Both the position numbers and the translations under genes were made by a program. DNA of 64,000 nt from a virus. The notes below the pieces were generated by a model. That model was not told the origin of the DNA. It saw nothing but the letters and a program-made list of their open reading frames with translations, and made no database searches. Positions 46,866 to 55,520 of the stretch are shown here, piece by piece (position 1 is the first letter of the stretch; every line of letters begins with the position of its first letter). Location: positions 31,098-95,097 of IMG/VR virus record IMGVR_UViG_3300037011_000606. One strand, given 5' to 3'.

Positions 46866-47282
46866 ATGAAGGTAACATTATACGCGAGCATACAGTGGAA
46901 TCATTGGAAAGAGAGAATGAGGTTTGAGGGAGTAAAGGCGGGAGAGGTGGAGGGGTGGACAGAGGATGGTAAGGTGACTGCAATATTGGTACAACATACA
47001 CCGTTTCCGCTAGGTTCGCTCGAAGATTGGAAGCAATATGTTATTGTGGAATTCGTAAAGGAGCTGAGTGAGATATTCGTCGATTATGATGATGATGTGG
47101 AGGCTATATCCTCGGGTGCTTTAGAAGAGGGCGCTATAACATATGAGAATTTTAAAGGGGATATAGATGAATATTGTTTGTTCGGAGCGTATGTAAAAGA
47201 GATAAGGGCAAATGAGATAGTTACAATTCACATAGGTGCTGAGAAAGATGGAAAGTATTATGTAGATGGTAAGGAGGAATAA
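46866..47282 (+). CDS. hypothetical protein
   Basis: AGGTGA RBS before ATG at 46866. Confidence 0.65.
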   Translation: MKVTLYASIQWNHWKERMRFEGVKAGEVEGWTEDGKVTAILVQHTPFPLGSLEDWKQYVIVEFVKELSEIFVDYDDDVEAISSGALEEGAITYENFKGDIDEYCLFGAYVKEIRANEIVTIHIGAEKDGKYYVDGKEE

Positions 47283-47284
47283 AT

Positions 47285-47719
47285 ATGAAGTGGATAAATG
47301 GAAAAATAATCTTTGAGTCGGCGAAAGAGGCTGAGAATCTAGCGAACGAAATCGGAAACGCAGCAATCATCGTAGGAGGAATGTTCAACACGATGGTGGA
47401 ACTCGGCGATTGGTGGAAAGGTGAAGGCACTCATACTGCGAAGTATGCAAAAGAGTTAATGGAATATTTGAACAAGTTATCGAAAGGCATATTTGAGATG
47501 TCTGAGGAGATGAGTGAGAAGGCGAAGGGAGAGAAGGCGCATGGAATCGCAAATAAGAAAGCGAGGTATCTGACTGAAGAGGATCTAATAGAGATACTGA
47601 TAGCTGCCAGAGATAGGTGCGAGTTGACAGATGAGAGATGGAAGATGATACTCAAAGAGACGTTTGTGATACATAACTACATAGAGGATCAAGGAAGGAA
47701 GATGTTGTTCAGAAAGTAA
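47285..47719 (+). CDS. hypothetical protein
   Basis: GGAGG RBS; coupled ORF. Confidence 0.65.
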   Translation: MKWINGKIIFESAKEAENLANEIGNAAIIVGGMFNTMVELGDWWKGEGTHTAKYAKELMEYLNKLSKGIFEMSEEMSEKAKGEKAHGIANKKARYLTEEDLIEILIAARDRCELTDERWKMILKETFVIHNYIEDQGRKMLFRK

Positions 47720-47756
47720 GGCCCTAGACCTGACTTGTCAAAAGGATAGTGATGAT

Positions 47757-47891
47757 ATGGTGGATTGCAGGAAGTGCGGAGGAGGTATATGGTACGGGGC
47801 CGTATACGTGAAGAACCAGCATGGAGTGTTCCACCGAGAATGTTACGATAAAGAGGAGTGGAAGAAGAAAAAGAAGAATAGAAGGAGGTAA
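47757..47891 (+). CDS. 44-aa Zn-finger protein (CxxC...HxxC) with basic tail, not in ORF track
   Basis: MVDCRKCGGGIWYGAVYVKNQHGVFHRECYDKEEWKKKKKNRRR. Confidence 0.65.
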   Translation: MVDCRKCGGGIWYGAVYVKNQHGVFHRECYDKEEWKKKKKNRRR

Positions 47892-47896
47892 AAGAA

Positions 47897-48259
47897 ATGC
47901 CAGTATCGTTGAAGGAACTAGAGGAACGAGGAAAGCTGTGTCCTGAAGTAAGGCACTTGGGATTGTTTCAGCACGAGGTGTTGATGGTCCTGAGTACTGG
48001 AGACAACGCGAAGAGAGGGTTCCAGCAAAGGGAACTCGCCGTCGAGTTGACCAGGATACTTCGTGAGAAGAAACGGATCGGGAAGGAGAAGACAATAACT
48101 GAGCAAATGGTCCGCCAGTGTCTCATGAGGTTAGTGGAGAAGGGCCTTGTCGAAAGGTTTGAGATGCCACTTGAACGTGTGGTCAAGGATGGACATGGCA
48201 GCAAGACGAAAAGGGTTTACTATGGTATCTTCTATGCGGTAAGCAAGAAGGTACTATAG
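47897..48259 (+). CDS. winged-helix DNA-binding protein (MP[IV]..EL N-terminus)
   Basis: QRELAVEL...VRQCLMRLVEKGLVER...FYAV. Confidence 0.7.
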   Translation: MPVSLKELEERGKLCPEVRHLGLFQHEVLMVLSTGDNAKRGFQQRELAVELTRILREKKRIGKEKTITEQMVRQCLMRLVEKGLVERFEMPLERVVKDGHGSKTKRVYYGIFYAVSKKVL

Positions 48260-48274
48260 TTATTTATTTATGGG

Positions 48275-48697
48275 GTGGTGTTGGTGAAGGTAGATGATTG
48301 GGTGTGCTCAGAAGGCAAGATGTACAAAGTCGTCAAAGTGTACGATGGGAAAAATAGGGGTGTGTTGCTGCAGGAGTTTGTACCGAATATCAGTATGCCC
48401 AAGGAGTCGAAGGAAATTCTAAAGAAGACGGGATTCGATAGGATAAATTTCTATAAGGACAGAGCAGAAGTAATAAGAACACTGGAAGAGAATCAGAAAA
48501 AGATGAAGAAGGTTAAAAGGTTAAAGATGACGATTGAAGAGGTTGCTAGTAAGATGAAGAGTCTGTCAGTGGAGGACATGAAGCGAATGGCTGAGTCACT
48601 GGAGAACGCTGACACTGACCTCGGCCGGATGATAGATAGTATGAAGAATATGACGGAAGAGGAAATAGAACAGGTAATGGAGGGGCTGAGAGAATGA
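48275..48697 (+). CDS. hypothetical protein with helical M[ST].E[DE] repeats
   Basis: ORF coupled to next gene. Confidence 0.6.
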   Translation: MVLVKVDDWVCSEGKMYKVVKVYDGKNRGVLLQEFVPNISMPKESKEILKKTGFDRINFYKDRAEVIRTLEENQKKMKKVKRLKMTIEEVASKMKSLSVEDMKRMAESLENADTDLGRMIDSMKNMTEEEIEQVMEGLRE

Positions 48698-49062
48698 GCG
48701 GAATAATGAAGAAACTGGACTTTGTTGGCCAGACGAAACAGAGTGAGATAATAGTATTGATGGAGAGAGACATTGAGTATGGAGTAATGTACTCGTTGGC
48801 TATTATAAAGGATGCCGAAATGAAGATGAGGAATTCAATGGAGATGGAAAGAGAGATAGAGATGTTAAAGAAGATAGTAAGTGTAATGATAGAAAGAAAA
48901 ATAATGGAAGAGAAAGAGTTAGTAAAGGAATTTGATAATGCAGAGTTGCTGTTCAAAGGATTACATAGACTGTGGTTGGAGGGAATGGTGGAGATGAAAG
49001 AGATAAAGGGAAGAGTTTATTACTTACTCTCAGATGTGTCAGCACGACAGGAGGTGAAATGA
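48694..49062 (+). CDS. protein with C-terminal winged helix
   Basis: LFKGLHRLWLEGMVEMKEIKGRVYY. Confidence 0.6.
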   Translation: MSGIMKKLDFVGQTKQSEIIVLMERDIEYGVMYSLAIIKDAEMKMRNSMEMEREIEMLKKIVSVMIERKIMEEKELVKEFDNAELLFKGLHRLWLEGMVEMKEIKGRVYYLLSDVSARQEVK

Positions 49063-49065
49063 AAT

Positions 49066-49347
49066 ATGGCGCCGATTGACATAAAACAGCTGGAAGAGGA
49101 GGGCGAAGAGGTCGGAACTGGACCGCGGGAGAACCGTGCGTCTCAGGTCCTGGCATTCCTGAAGAAGAACGCAACTGCGGCATTCACACAGGCTGAAGTC
49201 GCGAAGGCGATCGGAATCGGGAAGACTCACGCAAACCAGGTGCTCAAGACGATGTGCGAGAACAAGCTTGTACACCGCAGGTTGGTCACCGGGGACAACG
49301 GGAGGCAGCTCATCTACTACAGCATTGTCTCGAAGAAGGACAAGTAG
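49066..49347 (+). CDS. winged-helix DNA-binding protein, paralog of 50946-51218
   Basis: FTQAEVAKAIGIGKTHANQVL...LIYY; GGAGGTGA RBS; C-rich optimized codons. Confidence 0.85.
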   Translation: MAPIDIKQLEEEGEEVGTGPRENRASQVLAFLKKNATAAFTQAEVAKAIGIGKTHANQVLKTMCENKLVHRRLVTGDNGRQLIYYSIVSKKDK

Positions 49348-49365
49348 ATGAAGAAGGTAGTTAGT

Positions 49366-49410
49366 GGGGGCCGGACATACGGTTCGGTCCTCTTCTTTTA
49401 ATTTCTTATT
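49366..49410 (+). terminator. hairpin plus T-tract terminator
   Basis: GGGGGCCGGAC...GTTCGGTCCTC followed by TTCTTTTAATTTCTTATT. Confidence 0.7.
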
Positions 49411-49433
49411 TAAGGTCAAAGCGAATATCGAAG

Positions 49434-49622
49434 GTGGGTTATATGACGAGTTGGAATTTGAATGAGTATGGGCAGTTATTCATATACAATAAGATGGAAG
49501 ATGAGGTAGAATTAGTCGTAGAGATAGGAATGGATCACTATTATACAATGTCATCGACATACATGCCAAAGAAGTTTATGATGAAGGAGTTAGTATATAC
49601 GGAGAAGGTGGTGATGTTATGA
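49434..49622 (+). CDS. hypothetical protein
   Basis: ORF overlapping next start (ATGA). Confidence 0.5.
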   Translation: MGYMTSWNLNEYGQLFIYNKMEDEVELVVEIGMDHYYTMSSTYMPKKFMMKELVYTEKVVML

Positions 49623-50038
49623 TTAGGAAATATAAGTCTGCGCGGGATAAGATAATAGACTTTCTGGAAAAGAATAAAGAGAGAGCTTACACAGCAAATG
49701 AGGTATCGAAAGCTGTGGGTGTTTCTCGTATACTCGCAAATACTATCTTGAGGAGAATGAAAGAAGGTGGGACTGTAAGAGCAAAACTCCTCAAAACAAA
49801 TAGAACACGCGGAAGGAATTTGATAATATATTACGCTTTTTATTCGTACAGGCAGCGCAATCATGACAAACTGAAAGGTAAATGCTTCATGGTGCGAGAA
49901 GTACTCAGAGAACTTGCCAAAGAACCGAAGTATCTGATGAAGGTACTAAGAGACATGGAGAAGAGGAGAAAGAAGAAAGACAAGTTACTAATGAAGGAGA
50001 TGATAAAGGAGTCGAATCCTCGCCGGAGGAGGAGGTGA
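49619..50038 (+). CDS. winged-helix DNA-binding protein, very basic
   Basis: IIDFLEKN..RAYTANEVSKAVGVS...ILRRM...IIYY. Confidence 0.75.
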   Translation: MIRKYKSARDKIIDFLEKNKERAYTANEVSKAVGVSRILANTILRRMKEGGTVRAKLLKTNRTRGRNLIIYYAFYSYRQRNHDKLKGKCFMVREVLRELAKEPKYLMKVLRDMEKRRKKKDKLLMKEMIKESNPRRRRR

Positions 50039-50039
50039 A

Positions 50040-50558
50040 ATGATGAAGGAAGAACTCAAAAGGCGAAAGGAAGAATTCGACAAGATGAAGGAACAACTGA
50101 AAGAGTATGAAGACAAGTACACGGCCGACCTCAGAGAAGAGGAGAAAATCTGGAGGAAGGACTTCGATGCCCGCCGAAAGCAGATATACAGGGCACACCT
50201 CGAGCCGTATAAGTGGACAGCCGCTTATAGGGGAGAGAGGATAAAACAGGTCTTGGTAGTGTGCTTCCAAGATACTGAAGAGTCCCTCAAAGAGATCCAG
50301 GAGTCAATGGACAAGTTCGGTCACTTCATGGGAGAGAGATACGATTCTCCCAGATGTGGAACCTTCGTGGTGTCGGATGGTAAAGTCATTACGATGTTAG
50401 GAGGAGGATGGTCGCTCCTGCGCCCACTCGTAGAGACTTCTTGGCCGAACGAGGACTTCGATGGAGTGGTGAAGAAACACCAGGAACGCATTCTCATGGT
50501 CGAGAAATGGCTGTCGACGAATCCCGCCAACGGGGTGGAAATCATGTGGATTGAGTAA
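50040..50558 (+). CDS. hypothetical protein with N-terminal coiled coil
   Basis: GGAGGTGA RBS; followed by T-tract. Confidence 0.7.
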   Translation: MMKEELKRRKEEFDKMKEQLKEYEDKYTADLREEEKIWRKDFDARRKQIYRAHLEPYKWTAAYRGERIKQVLVVCFQDTEESLKEIQESMDKFGHFMGERYDSPRCGTFVVSDGKVITMLGGGWSLLRPLVETSWPNEDFDGVVKKHQERILMVEKWLSTNPANGVEIMWIE

Positions 50559-50726
50559 GGTCTTTTTTTCTTTGGGCACCGCATCCAGCCGTCTGCTGCT
50601 TATGAACCCAGGTACGGACGTAGATATTGTAACATCCCGGGGGCCCCTCGTCCCGGGGCCGTTCATCAAGAGCATATTTGTACGGACGTGATTCCGTTGG
50701 GCCGGGCGTCCGGGCATCCCCTCCTG

Positions 50727-50759
50727 GCCGGGTACAAAACTCCCAGTTCATACCCTTCC
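50727..50759 (+). repeat. 33-bp imperfect direct repeat, copy 1
   Basis: GCCGGGTACAAAA-N5-AGTTCATACC(C/T)TTCC; 27/33 identical to 51274-51306. Confidence 0.8.
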
Positions 50760-50885
50760 TAAGGGACACAGTGCCGTAGAGCCCACTTCAAGAGGTTTGT
50801 GCCTCAAGAGACCTGGACAGGAGTTTCAGGGTCCAGATACGGGAGCAAAGTTCATTAGAGACGGTTCATACGAATAGGTCGTTAA

Positions 50886-50920
50886 GGAAAAGTTTATATA
50901 GTTAGATGGGGATATATCAT
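50886..50920 (+). promoter_or_regulatory. archaeal-type BRE/TATA promoter
   Basis: GGAAAAGTTTATATAGT-N8-GATATAT upstream of 50946. Confidence 0.7.
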
Positions 50921-50945
50921 TAGAGTAAAAAACTCTAAGGAAGGT

Positions 50946-51218
50946 ATGGGAATGTGTCCAATAGGAATTGAGGAGTTGGAGAAGAAGGGCCAGGAAGTAG
51001 GAACGTCGCCAAAGGAGTCCCGCGTGACCCAAGTATTGGCTGTTATGAGGAAAAACCCCAAGACCGCCTACACGCAGGCCGATATGGCGAAGGAGCTGAA
51101 GATCGGCAAGACCCATGCAAACCAGGTCCTGAGGGGACTGGTTGAGAAGGGAATTGCCCGGCGAGCCCAGGTGAGCGAGAGCGGGAAGACGCTGATATAC
51201 TACGCTCTGGTGAAGTAG
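50946..51218 (+). CDS. winged-helix DNA-binding protein, paralog of 49066-49347
   Basis: YTQADMAKELKIGKTHANQVL...LIYY; stand-alone transcription unit. Confidence 0.85.
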   Translation: MGMCPIGIEELEKKGQEVGTSPKESRVTQVLAVMRKNPKTAYTQADMAKELKIGKTHANQVLRGLVEKGIARRAQVSESGKTLIYYALVK

Positions 51219-51224
51219 ATTCGT

Positions 51225-51263
51225 GACCTGGGGGACCGCGGATCGGTCCCTTTGGTCTTTTTT
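51225..51263 (+). terminator. hairpin plus T-tract terminator
   Basis: GACCTGGGGGACCG-CGGAT-CGGTCCCTTTGGTC followed by TTTTTT. Confidence 0.75.
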
Positions 51264-51273
51264 ATTGGTACCA

Positions 51274-51306
51274 GCCGGGTACAAAAAGCTAAGTTCATAC
51301 CTTTCC
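51274..51306 (+). repeat. 33-bp imperfect direct repeat, copy 2
   Basis: See 50727-50759. Confidence 0.8.
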
Positions 51307-52302
51307 AGTGGGCGGAGTATGCAAATGGCCACTGGGGCTCTTACATCACTGCGCACTTCCCCTAGAGAGCCGGCCGTTTTACATATCAGTTGTAGTTCGG
51401 GCGGGCCAATGGACCAAGTATTTAGTTTTGGATGGGGACAGCTGGATGGTGAGTGTAATTTTGGGCCTAAGCCGGTCGGGCCGCCATACAATCTTCATTC
51501 ATGCTTTCCTGACTCTCACATACGCTTTTCCTGACTCCGGACCGATGGGGACCAACGAAACGCCGCTCTCCATCCATTTTTTCCAAAAAAACAGGGGCAC
51601 CCAAGAGGACGAGCGGCTCTCCTATATAGCTCCTCCTCCGGATAAATGGGGCCCCTCAAGAAATTCCTTCCAGATAAAAAGAACTCAAGGCTCCCACTAT
51701 ATAAATACCTACGTATATCCGCATAGATTCTTACATTAAGCCCAGCATCGCCTCCAGTTTTGTTTGGGAGGACGAGCATCTCATTCGAGGTGGCCAAGTG
51801 GAATCCGCTCATAAGTACTTTCTTCCCCCCGGCCTTTTGTATAAAAGTACATTTGGGCGCGGTAATCTTGAGCCGATAGCACCCTTCCACCCACAGGTCA
51901 CTTCCTAAAACTTTCCCTTTGGCCACCCATAGAACTCTCCAGAACCCCTTCTAAGGTCTTATTATTATTGTGGACACGCTGCACTTCCAACTATTTTTAT
52001 ATGGATGAGCATCTCATCCCATAGAGACATGTAGGGTGGTGGGCAAGAACAGTGATATATATATACAGATTTAGTTTTAAATAGAAGTAGGCAGGCTCAA
52101 AGAACATGATATATATATATTGATTTATGTTTAAGAATAGGACCGGACTATCAAAGTGTGGGTTTTCCATAGTCCACAACCTTTAAATACTTGTAATGTG
52201 ATATTCATACTAAGAAGGAATGGAAATGACTAATGACCAATCATCAACTCATCATTCTTGGAAATTAGGAACGGCCTCGCCGTCTACGCGACATCTCCGT
52301 TA

Positions 52303-52340
52303 ACAAAATATTTATATACTTATAAATTAATATATATATA
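52303..52340 (+). promoter_or_regulatory. TATA promoter of the downstream operon
   Basis: AAAATATTTATATACT-N8-AATATAT upstream of 52381; a second box CTTTAAATA at 52181. Confidence 0.55.
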
Positions 52341-52380
52341 ATAAATTAAGAACAAAAAACAAGAAAAAGGAGGAAGGAAA

Positions 52381-52992
52381 ATGAATGAAGGAGTAGTAAC
52401 GTTCAAAGAAAAAATGTACAGTTGTCCTGCTTGTGGAAACCTGAACAGAAGTTATGAAAGGGGAGGAGTGGAAATAGTCCCAGGAGTCGAAGTAAGTTGC
52501 ATTTATTGTGGTTTTGTTGGCGGGAAGTATGTTAGATTTGAAACTGAGAGACATGTGGTTAGACAGATAGGTGGAGTTCCTGGACAGTTACATGGAACAC
52601 TGGTATTCAAAGATAGAATGTTGAATAGAAGCAGGAGAGTAATGAGAATGACCAGAGAGATGAGGGTTAGGTTTCAAGTGCTCTATGGTATGTTTCACGA
52701 TTATCCGAATCTAGCATTCAATACTGAGGAAGTAGCAAAAGCTCTGAGATTAGAAGGACTTCGACCGAAATATGCGGGAGAAGTATTGGATTATTTGAAG
52801 GAGATGGGCATCATCAGAGTATATATGATGAATGATATAAGGTACTATAGGTACGGTGGTAAGAGTTTGAAGGAAGTAACCTATGTTGCCGAGCCCACAA
52901 TCGATGAGTCAGGATTAGTGGTATGGGAGAGGGAACATGGAGAGAGGGTGGAGAAGGTGGTAGAAAGGAGTGGGGAGAGGGGGGTGAACTGA
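52381..52992 (+). CDS. Zn-ribbon plus winged-helix protein (putative transcription factor)
   Basis: CPACG...CIYCG; AFNTEEVAKAL...VLDYLKEMGII...YYRY. Confidence 0.7.
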   Translation: MNEGVVTFKEKMYSCPACGNLNRSYERGGVEIVPGVEVSCIYCGFVGGKYVRFETERHVVRQIGGVPGQLHGTLVFKDRMLNRSRRVMRMTREMRVRFQVLYGMFHDYPNLAFNTEEVAKALRLEGLRPKYAGEVLDYLKEMGIIRVYMMNDIRYYRYGGKSLKEVTYVAEPTIDESGLVVWEREHGERVEKVVERSGERGVN

Positions 52993-53777
52993 TGCCAATC
53001 AGTATGGATTCATTTGATAGCGGGAAGACGATGGCGCCCGATGAGATATATGTTAGAAAGGGGACTGGAAAGCCAAAGGTACCGAAAGGAAGTGGATTCA
53101 AGCAAACATGCCCCTGGTGCGATAAGTTGGTGACCGGATTGTATAGTCATCTGGAGCACACATGTACGAGTCTGTACATGATGTATAGGTTTGATAGATT
53201 GCCCGGTGAGTACAAGGATGGAGGAAAAATGGCGTGGAAACCTGAATGGGAGAGGAAGATCGAGGAGATCAAGAAGCAGGAAGAAATGATGAAGGTGGAG
53301 TTTGCTTATGAGAAGCAGAAGCCTTACTGCAGAGCATGCCGCAATGTTCTGAATGTATCGGATGTTGTGGAGGTGGGGATTGTTTGGAGATGCTGCTCTT
53401 GTGGAAAGAAGGTTACGGAGAGTGTGGATGGGAGGAGATGGAATGAGAAGAGCAAAGAGATTCTGCCCGATGAGTTTAAGCCGAATGACTCGTTGAAGTT
53501 TGCCAAAGGGTCGAATGTTGGCGTGCCAACATCTCATGAGGTTTTGAAGTCGCTTGACACTCTACTGAAGGAGTTCAATGATAAGTTGATAAGGGACGAG
53601 AAGTTAGTAAAAGAGGTTTACACTGAAGGAAATGATAGGGAGAAGTTTCTGGAGGATTACTTTAAGATGAATGAGGTCAGAGTTCACAGATTAAAGATGG
53701 CGGGGGCGGAAGAAAGGGTGGTAGTGGAATTTGAGATGAAGGTCAAGAAGTCAATGGAATTATATATGAAGAGGTGA
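52992..53777 (+). CDS. multi-Zn-finger protein
   Basis: GGTGA RBS before ATG at 52992; CPWC...H...TC, CRAC...CCSC. Confidence 0.7.
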   Translation: MPISMDSFDSGKTMAPDEIYVRKGTGKPKVPKGSGFKQTCPWCDKLVTGLYSHLEHTCTSLYMMYRFDRLPGEYKDGGKMAWKPEWERKIEEIKKQEEMMKVEFAYEKQKPYCRACRNVLNVSDVVEVGIVWRCCSCGKKVTESVDGRRWNEKSKEILPDEFKPNDSLKFAKGSNVGVPTSHEVLKSLDTLLKEFNDKLIRDEKLVKEVYTEGNDREKFLEDYFKMNEVRVHRLKMAGAEERVVVEFEMKVKKSMELYMKR

Positions 53778-53778
53778 T

Positions 53779-53970
53779 TTGATGGGACAGGCAGAAGAAG
53801 AAGTAACGACATATAAATGCGTTGGCTGCACTTCAAACTTGGAGGGGAGGATCTCTTGCCTGGATGGCAAGGATATTAATGGGAAGAGGTGTTCTGATAT
53901 GAATGCCCAGTGTTTACTGTTCTCAGGAATTGGAGAAGATGGAAAGGGATATACAAAAGATTGGAAGTGA
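53779..53970 (+). CDS. small Cys-rich protein
   Basis: CVGC...C...C...C; GAGGTGA RBS. Confidence 0.55.
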   Translation: MMGQAEEEVTTYKCVGCTSNLEGRISCLDGKDINGKRCSDMNAQCLLFSGIGEDGKGYTKDWK

Positions 53971-53979
53971 GGTAGTTGT

Positions 53980-54105
53980 ATGTCGATTGTTGAAGCTGCA
54001 AAGTGCAGGTGTGAAGAACCAGAGCCAATAGGAATACCAGATGTATTTGGCGCTGTTCAATGCAAGAAGTGCAAGAAGGTAGCTAATTGGAAGGAGTTGG
54101 AATGA
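53980..54105 (+). CDS. 41-aa Zn-ribbon protein, not in ORF track
   Basis: CRC...CKKC; fills the gap between neighbours. Confidence 0.55.
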   Translation: MSIVEAAKCRCEEPEPIGIPDVFGAVQCKKCKKVANWKELE

Positions 54106-54106
54106 T

Positions 54107-54382
54107 ATGTTTACGAAGGAAGAGAGTGATAAGATAATTAGAGATGCAGCGAATGAATATTATGATGGGAGTAGGGTGGATGATATATTGGAGGATCTGC
54201 CCAAGAAGGTTTGGAAGAAAGCTGCATTGAAACAAGTTTGCTGCCTGTTAGAAGAATTAATAGATAAGTTGGAAGGTCCAAGAGATCCGAAAAAGATGAA
54301 GAGCCCGCCAGATGAGAAGGGTTCCACTAGATGGGCGCTAATATGGGCGAGAGATGTAGTAGAAGCAATATTGTCGAGGTGA
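54107..54382 (+). CDS. hypothetical protein
   Basis: ORF with RBS, contiguous operon. Confidence 0.6.
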   Translation: MFTKEESDKIIRDAANEYYDGSRVDDILEDLPKKVWKKAALKQVCCLLEELIDKLEGPRDPKKMKSPPDEKGSTRWALIWARDVVEAILSR

Positions 54383-54387
54383 CCACA

Positions 54388-54627
54388 ATGAAGATATTAG
54401 ATGTTGAGATAGATAATCGGAACTTCGGTGAGACAGACTTGATAGTGAGCGATGGTAATAAGGTAGTCGGAAGAATACACACGAGAATAAGTTTCATCGG
54501 AAACTTGGTTAACAGTCACATAGCAAACTTACCAGATGTAGACCCCGTGACCGGAGAGAAGATACAGAAGGATGTTGTTTTCTGTGAGATTGTGCAGGAG
54601 ATACAGAAGCATGTACAGTTGGGGTGA
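54388..54627 (+). CDS. hypothetical protein
   Basis: GAGGTGA RBS before 54388. Confidence 0.6.
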   Translation: MKILDVEIDNRNFGETDLIVSDGNKVVGRIHTRISFIGNLVNSHIANLPDVDPVTGEKIQKDVVFCEIVQEIQKHVQLG

Positions 54628-54631
54628 TCTG

Positions 54632-55087
54632 ATGGACGATGAGAAGAGGAAAGCTATAATATCTGATGCATTCTTGGCGAAGCTGATGGGAGGAGATTAT
54701 AAGACGATGTTTGATGATACGATGCTCGACCATCATAAAGTGTCTTATATCGAGATGAATGACTTTTTGCACGAAGTGATACCTTTCATTGATAATACGT
54801 ACGAGGCGTATGAGTTGAAGGTGTTTGAAGCTGCGGATAGCCTCTCGGAAGGAGTTTTATGTGATTTGCAGAAGCATAAAGATCATATGGGAATAATGTT
54901 AGAGAATTATACCAATGCCGTTAGGAGACAGGGTCATCTAAGAAAGTTGGATGTTGAGGAATTCATGAACCAGCAGAGAAGGTTTGAGAAACAGCTATTA
55001 GAAGCTGGTGTAAGTAGAGAGGAGATAGATAAAGCAGAGAAGAGAGGGAAAGAGCTGGCAAAGAAGGATAATGAGGTGGTTTTGTGA
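54632..55087 (+). CDS. hypothetical helical protein
   Basis: GGGGTGA RBS before 54632. Confidence 0.6.
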   Translation: MDDEKRKAIISDAFLAKLMGGDYKTMFDDTMLDHHKVSYIEMNDFLHEVIPFIDNTYEAYELKVFEAADSLSEGVLCDLQKHKDHMGIMLENYTNAVRRQGHLRKLDVEEFMNQQRRFEKQLLEAGVSREEIDKAEKRGKELAKKDNEVVL

Positions 55088-55518
55088 AGATAAGGACGTT
55101 GGGAAGGGTTCATAGAATACTCTACGAGGCCTATCATAAGAGGGCGGGGGGGATAATGTCGAAGGAGCTTAGCGGGACGCAATTCTGCTCAGGGCATGTT
55201 GAATGGGCGCTAAAGAACGGGTTGCTGAACCATAAGCTCAGAGGGAAGTATCACATATCGAAGAAGGGAGTGGATGCTCTGATGGTCCTCGAGCAAGTGG
55301 ATGCTTATCCTATCAACTCGAAGTTGGTACCTGCAGAAGCTGGTGAGTTGACGAGAGATAATCGATTTCAAGCATTTCGAACGGATGCTCAAACGAACGA
55401 TACCAATCAGTTCTGGTCTCCTGGAATGATATCCGCGAAGAGGGGATATCATTTCGTGGAGGTTAAGGTGAGAAGGAGTAAGAAGTGGATGGAATATTTC
55501 AAAGGGAAGGTGTGGTAG
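55084..55518 (+). CDS. protein with N-terminal winged-helix-like segment
   Basis: ALKNGLL....GKYHISKKG. Confidence 0.55.
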   Translation: MKIRTLGRVHRILYEAYHKRAGGIMSKELSGTQFCSGHVEWALKNGLLNHKLRGKYHISKKGVDALMVLEQVDAYPINSKLVPAEAGELTRDNRFQAFRTDAQTNDTNQFWSPGMISAKRGYHFVEVKVRRSKKWMEYFKGKVW

Positions 55519-55520
55519 GT

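Noticed and set aside
51516-51926. 136-aa - strand ORF in the intergenic block (and overlapping 51223/51308 + ORFs)
   Set aside because: No recognizable motif, weak start context, overlaps repeats and a terminator; left unannotated.
50559-52000. CRISPR mini-array or tRNA in the GC-rich intergenic DNA
   Set aside because: Only two imperfect repeats about 550 bp apart with a gene between them; no cloverleaf or T-loop consensus seen.
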